The translations under genes were made by a program, and so were the position numbers. A stretch of 64,000 nucleotides of DNA from Faecalibacterium prausnitzii (GTDB lineage Bacteria; Bacteroidota; Bacteroidia; Bacteroidales; Bacteroidaceae), in the NCBI GenBank assembly GCA_963611255.1, contig CAVDQB010000002.1, positions 43,375-107,374 on the forward strand. The letters run 5' to 3'. Positions 11,825 through 19,901 of the stretch are shown here, piece by piece (the stretch's first letter is position 1; each line of letters begins with the position of its first letter). The notes under the pieces were generated by a model. That model saw nothing but the letters and a program-made list of their open reading frames with translations. It had not been told where the DNA came from and made no database searches.

Positions 11825-12985
11825 ATGGACATCGAATTTGTAAGAAGCCGTTTCACCAAGCATTTCGACGGCAAGACAGGCAACATCTACTTTTCTCCGG
11901 GCCGCATAAACCTTATTGGAGAACATACAGACTACAATGGCGGTTTCGTGTTTCCCGGCGCTGTGACCTGCGGAATCATGGCTGAGGTGCGTCCAAACGG
12001 CACTGACACAATCATGGCATACTCTATCGACCTCAAAGACCGCGTGGAATGGGCTGTCAATGACCCCGAAGGACCGCGTGCGACATGGGCTCGCTACATC
12101 TACGGTATGGTGCGTGAGTTCCAGGATCTGGGCGTTAAGGTCGGCGGATTCAACGTCGCTTTTGCCGGAGACGTGCCCCTCGGAGCAGGTATGTCATCCT
12201 CTGCCGCACTTGAAGTCTGCTTCGGCGTCGCCCTGAACGACCTCTTCGCCGACAACAAGATTACCACTTGGCAGATAGCACTCGCCGGTCAGGCCACAGA
12301 GCACAAGTATGTCGGCGTCAACTGCGGTATTATGGACCAGTTCGCTTCCGCTTTCGGCAAGAAAGGCAAACTTATGCGTCTCGACTGCAACTCGTCTGAA
12401 TTCGAATATTATCCGTTCGATCCGAAAGGCTACAAACTCGTTCTTGTCAACTCTTGCGTAAAGCACGAACTCGTCGGCTCGCCATATAACGACCGCCGCA
12501 ACTCTTGCGAGAACGTTGCAAAGGCAGTCGCTGCAAAGCACCCGGAGCGTGAAATCAAGACCCTGCGCGACTGCACATGGGAGGACATCGAGGAGGTCAA
12601 GGCTGAGTGCAGCGCCGAAGACATACAGCGCGCGACATTCGTTCTCGGCGAGAAAGACCGTGTCCTCGCAGTCTGCGACGCCCTCGAGAAAGGCGACTAC
12701 GAAGAAGTCGGCAAGCAGATGTACCTCACTCACCGCGGACTTTCCAAGGACTATGAGGTTTCGTGCGAGGAACTCGACTTCCTCAACGACATCGCCAAAG
12801 AGTGCGGCGTGACCGGTTCGCGCATCATGGGCGGCGGTTTCGGCGGTTGCACTATCAACCTCGTAAAGGATGAAGTATACGACAACTTCGTAAAGACAGC
12901 CGTAGAGAAATTCAAGGAGAAATACGACAAGGAACCGAAGATCATCCCTGTGGTCATCGGCGACGGCGGTCACAAGATTTGTTAA
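11825..12985 (+). CDS. galK: Galactokinase
   Basis: Signature GRINLIGEHTDYNGG and GHMP-kinase motif GAGMSSSAA. Confidence 0.95.
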   Translation: MDIEFVRSRFTKHFDGKTGNIYFSPGRINLIGEHTDYNGGFVFPGAVTCGIMAEVRPNGTDTIMAYSIDLKDRVEWAVNDPEGPRATWARYIYGMVREFQDLGVKVGGFNVAFAGDVPLGAGMSSSAALEVCFGVALNDLFADNKITTWQIALAGQATEHKYVGVNCGIMDQFASAFGKKGKLMRLDCNSSEFEYYPFDPKGYKLVLVNSCVKHELVGSPYNDRRNSCENVAKAVAAKHPEREIKTLRDCTWEDIEEVKAECSAEDIQRATFVLGEKDRVLAVCDALEKGDYEEVGKQMYLTHRGLSKDYEVSCEELDFLNDIAKECGVTGSRIMGGGFGGCTINLVKDEVYDNFVKTAVEKFKEKYDKEPKIIPVVIGDGGHKIC

Positions 12986-13007
12986 CAACATTTTTATTTG
13001 AAACAAG

Positions 13008-14186
13008 ATGAAAACAAAAAACATTCTTACAGCGTTCGCATTCGGCACGGCGGCTGTTCTCGCCGCCTGCTCCGGCGGCAACGGCAACCTGACCGAATCC
13101 GGTCTCGACCCGGCAAAGTTTGATACCATCGTTGACAACAAGCCCGTGAAACTCTACACTCTGAAGAACAAGGACGGCATGGAGGTATGTGTCACCAACT
13201 TCGGAGCGCGCGTCGTGTCGGTAATGGCAAAGGACAAGAACGGTGCATTCCGTGATGTCGTCCTCGCCTACGACAACATAGCACAGTTCATGGACGTGGA
13301 GAAGAACGGTTCTGACTTCGGTGCGGCTATCGGAAGATACGCCAACCGCATCAACAAAGGTGTCATCACCGTGGGCGGAAAGAAGATTCAGTTGCCGCAG
13401 AACAACTACGGACACTGTCTGCACGGCGGCCCTACAGGCTGGCAATACCAGATTTACGAGGTCAACGACCAGGCTTCCAACGACTCCACACTGGTGCTTG
13501 TGATGCACTCACCCGACGGTGACAACAACTTCCCGGGCAATGTCGAGGCTACGGTAACCTATACCCTCACCTCCGACAACACCCTTGACATGAAGTTCGA
13601 GGCCACGACCGACGCAGAGACTGTCATCAACATGACCAACCACTCGTACTTCAACCTCAGCGGCGACCCCTCTGTGGCAGGCACGAACATGGTGCTCTAC
13701 ATCAACGCAGACAACTACACGCCGACGGACTCCACATTCATGACTACCGGCGAGGTGCGTTCCGTCTACGGCAACCAGTTTGACTTCCGCCAGCCGAAGG
13801 CTCTCTACACCTGCATAGCCGACACTACCGGCTACAACGGAATACAGATCAAGAACGCCATGGGCTTCGACCACAACTGGTGCCTGAACACCTACAAGGA
13901 CGGCAAAGGCGACGACACGAAAGTGGCAGCGTCCCTCTATTCTCCCGAGTCAGGCATCTTCATGCAGGTCTACACCAACGAACCGGGAATCCAGTGCTAC
14001 ACCGGCAACTTCCTTGACGGCACCAAGGTCGGCAAGAAAGGCATCGCTTATCCGAAGCAGGCATCCGTTTGTCTGGAGACACAGAAGTATCCCGACTCAC
14101 CAAACAAGAAAGACTGGGTACAGCCTTACCTTAAACCGGGTGAGAAGTACTACAGCCATGTGGCTTACAAGTTCTCCACCAAGTAA
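13008..14186 (+). CDS. Aldose 1-epimerase paralogue with lipoprotein signal peptide
   Basis: N-terminus MKTKNILTAFAFGTAAVLAACSGG (lipobox). Mutarotase motifs HCLHGG, EPGIQCYT and LETQKYPDSPN. Confidence 0.85.
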   Translation: MKTKNILTAFAFGTAAVLAACSGGNGNLTESGLDPAKFDTIVDNKPVKLYTLKNKDGMEVCVTNFGARVVSVMAKDKNGAFRDVVLAYDNIAQFMDVEKNGSDFGAAIGRYANRINKGVITVGGKKIQLPQNNYGHCLHGGPTGWQYQIYEVNDQASNDSTLVLVMHSPDGDNNFPGNVEATVTYTLTSDNTLDMKFEATTDAETVINMTNHSYFNLSGDPSVAGTNMVLYINADNYTPTDSTFMTTGEVRSVYGNQFDFRQPKALYTCIADTTGYNGIQIKNAMGFDHNWCLNTYKDGKGDDTKVAASLYSPESGIFMQVYTNEPGIQCYTGNFLDGTKVGKKGIAYPKQASVCLETQKYPDSPNKKDWVQPYLKPGEKYYSHVAYKFSTK

Positions 14187-14210
14187 CCGTAAACGTTGCG
14201 CAATATTGGT

Positions 14211-14249
14211 AACCGGGGTGACGGCACAGACTGTCATCCCGGTTTTTCG
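14211..14249 (+). terminator. Rho-independent terminator after the galM paralogue
   Basis: 14-bp stem AACCGGGGTGACGG / CTGTCATCCCGGTT (two G:U pairs) followed by TTTCG. Confidence 0.65.
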
Positions 14250-14343
14250 TTTGCCCATTCCCCAAGACCGGTTGATGTGTGGATGCGTCAACTACTGCAA
14301 TCTGTCCGCATGACGCATTTGTCACAGCAGGTGCAGCGTCTCC

Positions 14344-14506
14344 GCAGCACCCTTTTGGCACTGCGCGGAGGGCGTTCTTGCGGCGAACCACGACCGTGGG
14401 CCGACTGAATACCGACCGTGGGCAGACCGGATAACGACCGTGAACCGGTCGGCCCACGGTCGTGAACAACCCGCGAAAGCACCGTTCCCGGAGTGCCGCA
14501 ACAAGG
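14344..14506 (+). repeat. Intergenic palindromic repeat element, copy A (4 x 22-nt phased cores)
   Basis: Shares GCAGCACC, GCGGCGAACCACG, CACGGTCGTGAACAACC and CCGCAACAAGG with copy B. Cores start at 14389, 14411, 14433 and 14455. Confidence 0.8.
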
Positions 14507-14558
14507 CTATGAAACAAAAAAATGGATAGTATGCGGTAAGTCTTTCAGGTTTTCTTCG

Positions 14559-14566
14559 TAACTTTG
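14559..14566 (+). promoter_or_regulatory. -7 box TAACTTTG for tkt-rpiB
   Basis: TAnnTTTG match 32 nt upstream of the ATG at 14598. Confidence 0.6.
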
Positions 14567-14597
14567 TAGTAAGTATAAGACACACACTTTTTTTGAT

Positions 14598-16619
14598 ATG
14601 GCAAACTCCATTAAACTAATGAACCGTGCCGCAGACAACATCCGCATTCTCGCAGTGGCTGCTGTGGAGAAAGCAAAGTCAGGACATCCCGGCGGCGCAA
14701 TGGGCGGTGCGGACTTCATAAACGTGCTTTACTCGGAATTTCTTCTGCGTGACCCTGCCAATCCCCTATGGGTCGGACGCGACCGTTTCTTCCTTGACCC
14801 CGGGCACATGGCGCCTATGCTCTATGCGCAACTGTGCCTCACAGGCAACTATACACTCGAGGAACTGAAGCAACTGCGCCAGTGGGGTTCGCCGACAACA
14901 GGCCACCCGGAGGTGGATGTGGCGCGTGGGATTGAGAACACCTCCGGTCCGCTCGGACAGGGGCATGTCTTTGCCGTAGGTGCCGCCATTGCCGCCAAGT
15001 TCCTTGCCACCCGAACCGGCAATCCGACATTTGCCAAAGAGACGATATACGCCTACATTTCCGACGGCGGAATACAAGAGGAGATAAGCCAGGGAGGCGC
15101 ACGCATCGCCGGCGTACTGGGGCTTGACAACCTCATAATGTTCTATGACGCCAACGACATCCAGCTCTCCACTCCCACCGACGAGGTGATGAACGAGGAC
15201 ACAGCCGCAAAATACAAGGCTCTCGGATGGGAGGTTTTCGAAATCGACGGCAACGATGTGGAACAGATACGCAACGCCCTGACAAAGGCGAAAGCGGTGA
15301 AAGGCAAGCCTACACTCATCATCGGCAAGTGCGTGATGGGCAAAGGCGCACTGAAAGCCGACGGCTCTTCCTATGAAAACACATGCAAGACACACGGTGC
15401 GCCCCTCGGAGGCGATGCCTATATCAATACGGTGAAACATCTCGGAGGTGACGTGGAGAATCCGTTTGTCATCTTCCCCGAAGTACAGGAGATGTACGAC
15501 AAGAGGGCGAAAGAACTCTCCACGCTCTGCGCAGAGCGTCATGCCGAAGAGAAAGCGTGGGCAGAAGCCAACGCCGAAATGGCGAAGAAACAGGATGATT
15601 GGTTCAGTGGCAAAGCCCCGAAGATAGACTGGAGCAAGTGCGAACAGAAGAACGACCAGCCGACAAGAAGTGCTTCCGCCAACTGCCTGGCTCTTCTTGC
15701 AGAGCAGGTTCCCAACATGATTTGCTCATCTGCCGACCTTTCCAACTCCGACAAGACCGACGGTTTCCTCAACAAGACACACGCCTTCACCCGAGGAGAC
15801 TTCTCCGGGGCGTTCCTGCAGGCAGGAGTGGCAGAGTTGACAATGGCGTGCTGCTGCATGGGCATGGTGCTCCACGGAGGCGTAATCGCTGCCTGTGCCA
15901 CATTCTTCGTTTTTTCCGACTACATGAAACCTGCCATACGCATGGCTGCACTGATGCAGTTGCCGGTGAAGTTCCTGTGGTCGCACGACGCTTTCCGTGT
16001 GGGCGAGGACGGTCCTACCCACCAACCGGTAGAACAGGAAGCGCAGATACGCCTTATGGAAAAACTCAAGAACCACGCCGGAAAACCGTCTGTCCTTGTG
16101 CTGCGTCCTGCCGACACGAAAGAGACAACAGAGGCCTGGAAACTGGCAATGGAGAACACCTCCACCCCAACAGCACTCATACTGTCGCGCCAGAACATCG
16201 TCAGTCTGCCTGAGGACAATGATTACACAATGGTGGAGAAAGGCGCTTACATCGTGAAAGGTTCCGACAACAATCCCGATGTCATTCTTGTGGCCACCGG
16301 TTCTGAGGTATCCACCCTCTGTGCCGGCGCAGAACTGATAAGGAAAGAAGGCAAGAAGGTGCGTGTGGTCAGTGTTCCGTCGGAGGGACTGTTCCGTCTG
16401 CAACCCAAGGAATACCAGCAGGAAGTTCTGCCGACAGGCGTAAAGAAGTTCGGTCTGACTGCCGGTCTGCCCGTCAATCTGCTCGGCCTCGTGCCAGAGG
16501 CGGAGGGAACGATATGGGGACTTGAGTCTTTCGGCTTCTCTGCACCCTACAAGGTGCTCGACGAAAAGTTGGGATTTACGGCGGAAAATGTCTGCCGTCA
16601 GGTAATGAAACTATTTTAA
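14598..16619 (+). CDS. tkt: Transketolase
   Basis: 673 aa. TPP-binding N-terminus (SGHPGGAMGGADF) and overall transketolase layout. Confidence 0.95.
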   Translation: MANSIKLMNRAADNIRILAVAAVEKAKSGHPGGAMGGADFINVLYSEFLLRDPANPLWVGRDRFFLDPGHMAPMLYAQLCLTGNYTLEELKQLRQWGSPTTGHPEVDVARGIENTSGPLGQGHVFAVGAAIAAKFLATRTGNPTFAKETIYAYISDGGIQEEISQGGARIAGVLGLDNLIMFYDANDIQLSTPTDEVMNEDTAAKYKALGWEVFEIDGNDVEQIRNALTKAKAVKGKPTLIIGKCVMGKGALKADGSSYENTCKTHGAPLGGDAYINTVKHLGGDVENPFVIFPEVQEMYDKRAKELSTLCAERHAEEKAWAEANAEMAKKQDDWFSGKAPKIDWSKCEQKNDQPTRSASANCLALLAEQVPNMICSSADLSNSDKTDGFLNKTHAFTRGDFSGAFLQAGVAELTMACCCMGMVLHGGVIAACATFFVFSDYMKPAIRMAALMQLPVKFLWSHDAFRVGEDGPTHQPVEQEAQIRLMEKLKNHAGKPSVLVLRPADTKETTEAWKLAMENTSTPTALILSRQNIVSLPEDNDYTMVEKGAYIVKGSDNNPDVILVATGSEVSTLCAGAELIRKEGKKVRVVSVPSEGLFRLQPKEYQQEVLPTGVKKFGLTAGLPVNLLGLVPEAEGTIWGLESFGFSAPYKVLDEKLGFTAENVCRQVMKLF

Positions 16620-16625
16620 CGGCTT

Positions 16626-17066
16626 ATGAATACGGAGACTATCGGACTGGCGTGCGACCACGCCGGCTATGAACTGAAACAGTTTGTGAAGCAGTATCTC
16701 ACAGAGAAAGGCATACCGTTCAAGGACTACGGCACTGACTCCACAGAGAGTTGCGACTACCCGGACTACGCCCATGCCCTCGCAAAGGGTATGGAAGACG
16801 GCACGGTAAAATCGGGCATAGCGATCTGCGGCTCCGGTGAGGGCATCTCCATGACACTCAACAAGCACCAGACAGTGCGCGCTGCACTCTGCTGGATGCC
16901 AGAGATTGCACATCTGGCACGGCAGCACAACAACGCCAACGTGCTCGTCATGCCCGGCAGATTCATAGACAACAGCATGGCAAAGGACATTCTCGACGAG
17001 TTCCTGTCAACTCCTTTTGAGGGCGGACGCCATCAGCGCAGGATTGACAAAATCCCGGTAAAATAG
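16626..17066 (+). CDS. rpiB: Ribose-5-phosphate isomerase B
   Basis: 146 aa, LacAB/RpiB pattern (GLACDHAGYELK, ICGSGEGISM). Follows tkt. Confidence 0.9.
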   Translation: MNTETIGLACDHAGYELKQFVKQYLTEKGIPFKDYGTDSTESCDYPDYAHALAKGMEDGTVKSGIAICGSGEGISMTLNKHQTVRAALCWMPEIAHLARQHNNANVLVMPGRFIDNSMAKDILDEFLSTPFEGGRHQRRIDKIPVK

Positions 17067-17090
17067 CGCACAGGACGACATTACGACAGC

Positions 17091-17288
17091 ATGAAAGCCC
17101 GAGAAATCCTGTCAAGGATATACCGCAAGGCAACCCCTATTGTCGGGTTGCCGCTCCTCTACGCCGGTGTCGCAATGTTGGTTCTCCTCTTTTTCACCCG
17201 GTCGACATCCAACTTGCTGATGACAGTTGCCATTCTATTGGAGATAATCGGCGCAACTGCACACTATTGGAAGATAAAACACCAATAA
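17091..17288 (+). CDS. Small membrane protein, 65 aa (hypothetical)
   Basis: Two hydrophobic helices. Followed directly by a strong terminator hairpin. Confidence 0.45.
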   Translation: MKAREILSRIYRKATPIVGLPLLYAGVAMLVLLFFTRSTSNLLMTVAILLEIIGATAHYWKIKHQ

Positions 17289-17291
17289 GAA

Positions 17292-17325
17292 AAGCCCCAC
17301 TCTCAGCATGAGAATGGGGCTTTTT
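17292..17325. terminator. Bidirectional terminator (small membrane protein gene / tRNA-Thr)
   Basis: AGCCCCACTCTC-agcat-GAGAATGGGGCT followed by TTTT. An A-tract on the other side serves the minus strand. Confidence 0.7.
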
Positions 17326-17329
17326 AGTG

Positions 17330-17403
17330 AGCCTCTTGTCGGATTCGAACCAACGACCCCGAGATTACAAATCACGTGCTCTGGCCAACTGAGCTAAAGA
17401 GGC
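17330..17403 (-). tRNA. tRNA-Thr (anticodon UGU)
   Basis: Hand-folded cloverleaf: acceptor GCCTCTT/AAGAGGC, D-loop AGTTGGCCA, anticodon loop TTTGTAA, T-arm GTTGG-TTCGAAT-CCGAC. One U:U mismatch in the anticodon stem. CCA is not encoded. Confidence 0.85.
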
Positions 17404-17404
17404 A

Positions 17405-17505
17405 GGTGGGTAAGCTTACTGCATCGCGCCGCTACAACCGCGTACCTTTGCTACGTTCCCGTCCTGGAGGATTCCCCGGGAGCTGACCGTACAGGACTTA
17501 CCCAT
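17405..17505 (-). ncRNA. ffs: Signal recognition particle RNA (4.5S, small bacterial type)
   Basis: About 100-nt hairpin closed by GGGTAAG/CTTACCC. The apical domain IV signature AGG-ACG-GGAA-CGT-AGCA (GGAA tetraloop with flanking symmetric loop) lies at 17449-17465. GGTCAG and TGTAGC resemble E. coli 4.5S. Confidence 0.8.
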
Positions 17506-17561
17506 ATAAAAACACCGAAAACACGTCGCACAGACGGCAAACCTGTCTCCAAATGCGGGTG

Positions 17562-17593
17562 CAAAGGTAGTTCATTTTGACCGAACCGCCAAA
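17562..17593 (-). promoter_or_regulatory. -33 TTTG / -7 TACCTTTG promoter for the ffs-tRNA-Thr transcript
   Basis: On the minus strand TTTG (17590-17593) is separated by 20 nt from TACCTTTG (17562-17569). This predicts a TSS about 50 nt upstream of the SRP RNA helix. Confidence 0.6.
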
Positions 17594-17665
17594 TTTCAAA
17601 TTCATTATTTGTCAAAAAAAAGATAAAAACGCAGAGCGCAGGAGCATTATTTTCTGCAAATTAAG

Positions 17666-17673
17666 TAACTTTG
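17666..17673 (+). promoter_or_regulatory. -7 box TAACTTTG for the DUF4199-like/GT2 operon
   Basis: TAnnTTTG match 28 nt upstream of the ATG at 17701. Confidence 0.55.
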
Positions 17674-17700
17674 TGGAATGAAACAAACAACAGAAAACGC

Positions 17701-18228
17701 ATGATAACACCACAAGCTCTGATACAGTTGAAAGCCTTTGCGCGGATTGACGGATTTGTCCTTTCCGTAGTATGGCTGATGAGTATGTGGCTCTACATAA
17801 AAGTTCCAGGCAACGCATTCGGGCCGTTGCTCATGCTCTCCACACCATTTTTCCTGACTTGGAGACTATGTTCGTTCCGTGACAAGGCACTCGACGGTCA
17901 CATATCGGCACGCAGGTCGATAGCCTATTCGTGCTATACGGTGTTCTACGCGTCACTGATTTTCGCTGTCGGACAGTATGTCTACTTCCGCTATCTCGAC
18001 AATGGCGATTTCTTGAAACTGCTCAACACCGGGAAAGAAATCATAAACAGCAACAGCCAGACATTCGGAATGGCGACAGGAGACGTTGATCTGGCAGTGG
18101 AAACTGTCAGTCTGATGACACCGATAGAACTGGTATTCTCCTTCATGATGAACAATCTTGTCATCGGAGCAGTGCTCAGCCCGGTAGTCACAATATTCAG
18201 CAAAATGACAGAAAAACGCAACCGCTAA
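17701..18228 (+). CDS. Polytopic membrane protein (DUF4199-like), hypothetical
   Basis: The ATG at 17701 is the first ATG after the -7 box at 17666-17673; the track start at 17671 is a TTG inside the promoter. Multiple TM helices. The stop overlaps the start of the next gene. Confidence 0.6.
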   Translation: MITPQALIQLKAFARIDGFVLSVVWLMSMWLYIKVPGNAFGPLLMLSTPFFLTWRLCSFRDKALDGHISARRSIAYSCYTVFYASLIFAVGQYVYFRYLDNGDFLKLLNTGKEIINSNSQTFGMATGDVDLAVETVSLMTPIELVFSFMMNNLVIGAVLSPVVTIFSKMTEKRNR

Positions 18229-19193
18229 TGGATATATCTGTGATTGTACCCCTCTACAACGAGGAAGAGTCTATAAGGGAACTGTACGACTGGATAAAGA
18301 AAGTGATGGACTGCAACCGGTTCACCTACGAAGTCATATTCGTCAACGACGGTTCTACCGACAGGTCTTGGGATGTGATAGAGGCTCTGTCGGATGAATA
18401 TCCGCAGGTGAAAGGCATAAAGTTCCGTCGCAACTACGGCAAGAGCCCGGCTCTCTACTGCGGTTTCAGACAGGCGGAAGGGGATGTCGTGATTACCATG
18501 GACGCCGATCTGCAGGACTCTCCCGACGAGATTCCTGAACTGAGAAGGATGATTGTGGAAGACGGTTACGACCTCGTGAGCGGCTATAAGCAGAACAGAC
18601 GCAAGGGAGACCCCCTCTCCAAGACAATACCCACAAAACTTTTCAATGCCACAACGCGCAAAGTCAGCGGAATACACAACCTCCATGACTTCAACTGCGG
18701 ACTGAAAGCGTACAGGAAAGAGGTGGTGAAAAACATAGAGGTGTACGGTGAAATGCACCGTTTCATACCCTATCTGGCAAAAAACGCCGGTTTTGACAAA
18801 ATAGGTGAAAAACCCGTACATCACCAGAAACGACAGCACGGAGTAAGCAAATTCATGGGTTGGAACCGCTTTGTCAACGGTTATCTTGACCTCATAACGC
18901 TTTGGTTTCTGTCGAGTTTCGGCAAGAAGCCCATGCATGTGTTCGGCTTTCTCGGCACACTGATGTTCTTCATCGGTTTCATAGCGGCGTTCATAATCGG
19001 CGCAGGCAAGATTTACTGTCTGTCGACTGGCACTCCTGCACGGCTGATAACCGACTCCCCCTACTTCTACATCGCCCTTACGATGATGATCATAGGCACA
19101 CAGTTCTTCCTCGCAGGATTTGTCGGCGACCTAATAAGCCGCTCTTCACAACAGCGCAACGACTACCAGATAGAGAAGACCATAAGATGCTGA
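18228..19193 (+). CDS. Family 2 glycosyltransferase (polyprenol-phosphate sugar synthase-like) with C-terminal TM helices
   Basis: GT-A motifs VNDGSTD and TMDADLQD. C-terminal membrane anchor. Confidence 0.85.
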   Translation: MDISVIVPLYNEEESIRELYDWIKKVMDCNRFTYEVIFVNDGSTDRSWDVIEALSDEYPQVKGIKFRRNYGKSPALYCGFRQAEGDVVITMDADLQDSPDEIPELRRMIVEDGYDLVSGYKQNRRKGDPLSKTIPTKLFNATTRKVSGIHNLHDFNCGLKAYRKEVVKNIEVYGEMHRFIPYLAKNAGFDKIGEKPVHHQKRQHGVSKFMGWNRFVNGYLDLITLWFLSSFGKKPMHVFGFLGTLMFFIGFIAAFIIGAGKIYCLSTGTPARLITDSPYFYIALTMMIIGTQFFLAGFVGDLISRSSQQRNDYQIEKTIRC

Positions 19194-19894
19194 AACGCCT
19201 GACACTCACATTCTGCCTTGTCTTTTCCGCCATTTCCGTCCTGCACCTGCAGGCTCAGGAGAAGAAAGAAGCCGACATTGACACGGTGAAGGTACATTTC
19301 CTCAACGGCATAGCGGTGCACGCAGACCTCATCGGGGCTGTACAGATGGTGTCATCCGACCACGGACAGTGGGAGGCTGGACTGCGCATAAACATCAGGG
19401 ACAAGTATTTCCCGGCTTTCGAAATCGGTATCGGAGACGCTGACGAGAGCGATGAATACGACCAGGACTTGTGGTGCAAGACGCGTGCGCCGTATTTCCG
19501 CATCGGCTGCGACTACAACATACTGCGCAACAAGCACGACATCTACAAGGCATTCGTGGGATTGCGCTACGGTTTCAGCAAGTTCAACTACGACACACAG
19601 GTGAAAACTGTGACCGAAACGGACAGCGACGACACTACGGAAACGGGCGAGAGCACGTCCACAACCGTCTATACTGAATACGACAAACTGGATGCCACTT
19701 GTCACTGGCTGGAGGTCGTTTTCGGCGTGGATGCCAAAATCTGGGGACCGCTTCATTTAGGTTGGGATGTCAGATACCGCCGTATGCTGTCCAACAAGCA
19801 CAGCGATATCGCCGAGCCATGGTACATTCCGGGATTCGGCAACAAGAAAACGGCAGGATTTGCAGCCCTGTTCAACTTCACATTAGCCCTCTGA
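19187..19894 (+). CDS. Secreted putative outer-membrane beta-barrel protein (hypothetical)
   Basis: The start at MLKRLTLTFCLVFSAISVLHLQA (signal peptide) overlaps the GT2 stop by 7 nt. Alternating beta-strand pattern and aromatic C-terminus (FNFTLAL). Confidence 0.6.
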   Translation: MLKRLTLTFCLVFSAISVLHLQAQEKKEADIDTVKVHFLNGIAVHADLIGAVQMVSSDHGQWEAGLRINIRDKYFPAFEIGIGDADESDEYDQDLWCKTRAPYFRIGCDYNILRNKHDIYKAFVGLRYGFSKFNYDTQVKTVTETDSDDTTETGESTSTTVYTEYDKLDATCHWLEVVFGVDAKIWGPLHLGWDVRYRRMLSNKHSDIAEPWYIPGFGNKKTAGFAALFNFTLAL

Positions 19895-19901
19895 ACGCAG
19901 A

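Noticed and set aside
12194-13141. 315-aa ORF antisense to galK. Similar long antisense ORFs lie at 14766-15542, 8402-9088, 44426-45331, 57431-58279, 58692-59498 and 61499-62401.
   Set aside because: Each lies entirely opposite a gene with unmistakable family motifs. Each has low-complexity Arg/His/Val-rich composition and no recognisable motif. None has a TAnnTTTG promoter. They are the usual stop-poor antisense frames of about 50% GC coding DNA.
14389-14476. The 22-nt periodic repeats as a miniature CRISPR array.
   Set aside because: The units are contiguous with no unique spacers. There are only four units, they are degenerate and partly inverted, there are no cas genes in the window, and a second near-identical block exists elsewhere.
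14131-14517. 128-aa minus-strand ORF across repeat copy A. It shares peptide-like similarity (FTTV..RPTVVVRR) with the 160-aa ORF at 47792-48274 across copy B.
   Set aside because: The similarity is a by-product of the shared DNA repeat. Both ORFs run into neighbouring real genes (galM paralogue, lpxD) on the opposite strand and have no start-site signals.
18902-19186. N-terminal extension of the ORF at 18902-19894.
   Set aside because: It overlaps the C-terminal TM region of the GT2 gene in another frame. The Met at 19187 gives a clean signal peptide and a 7-nt start/stop overlap.
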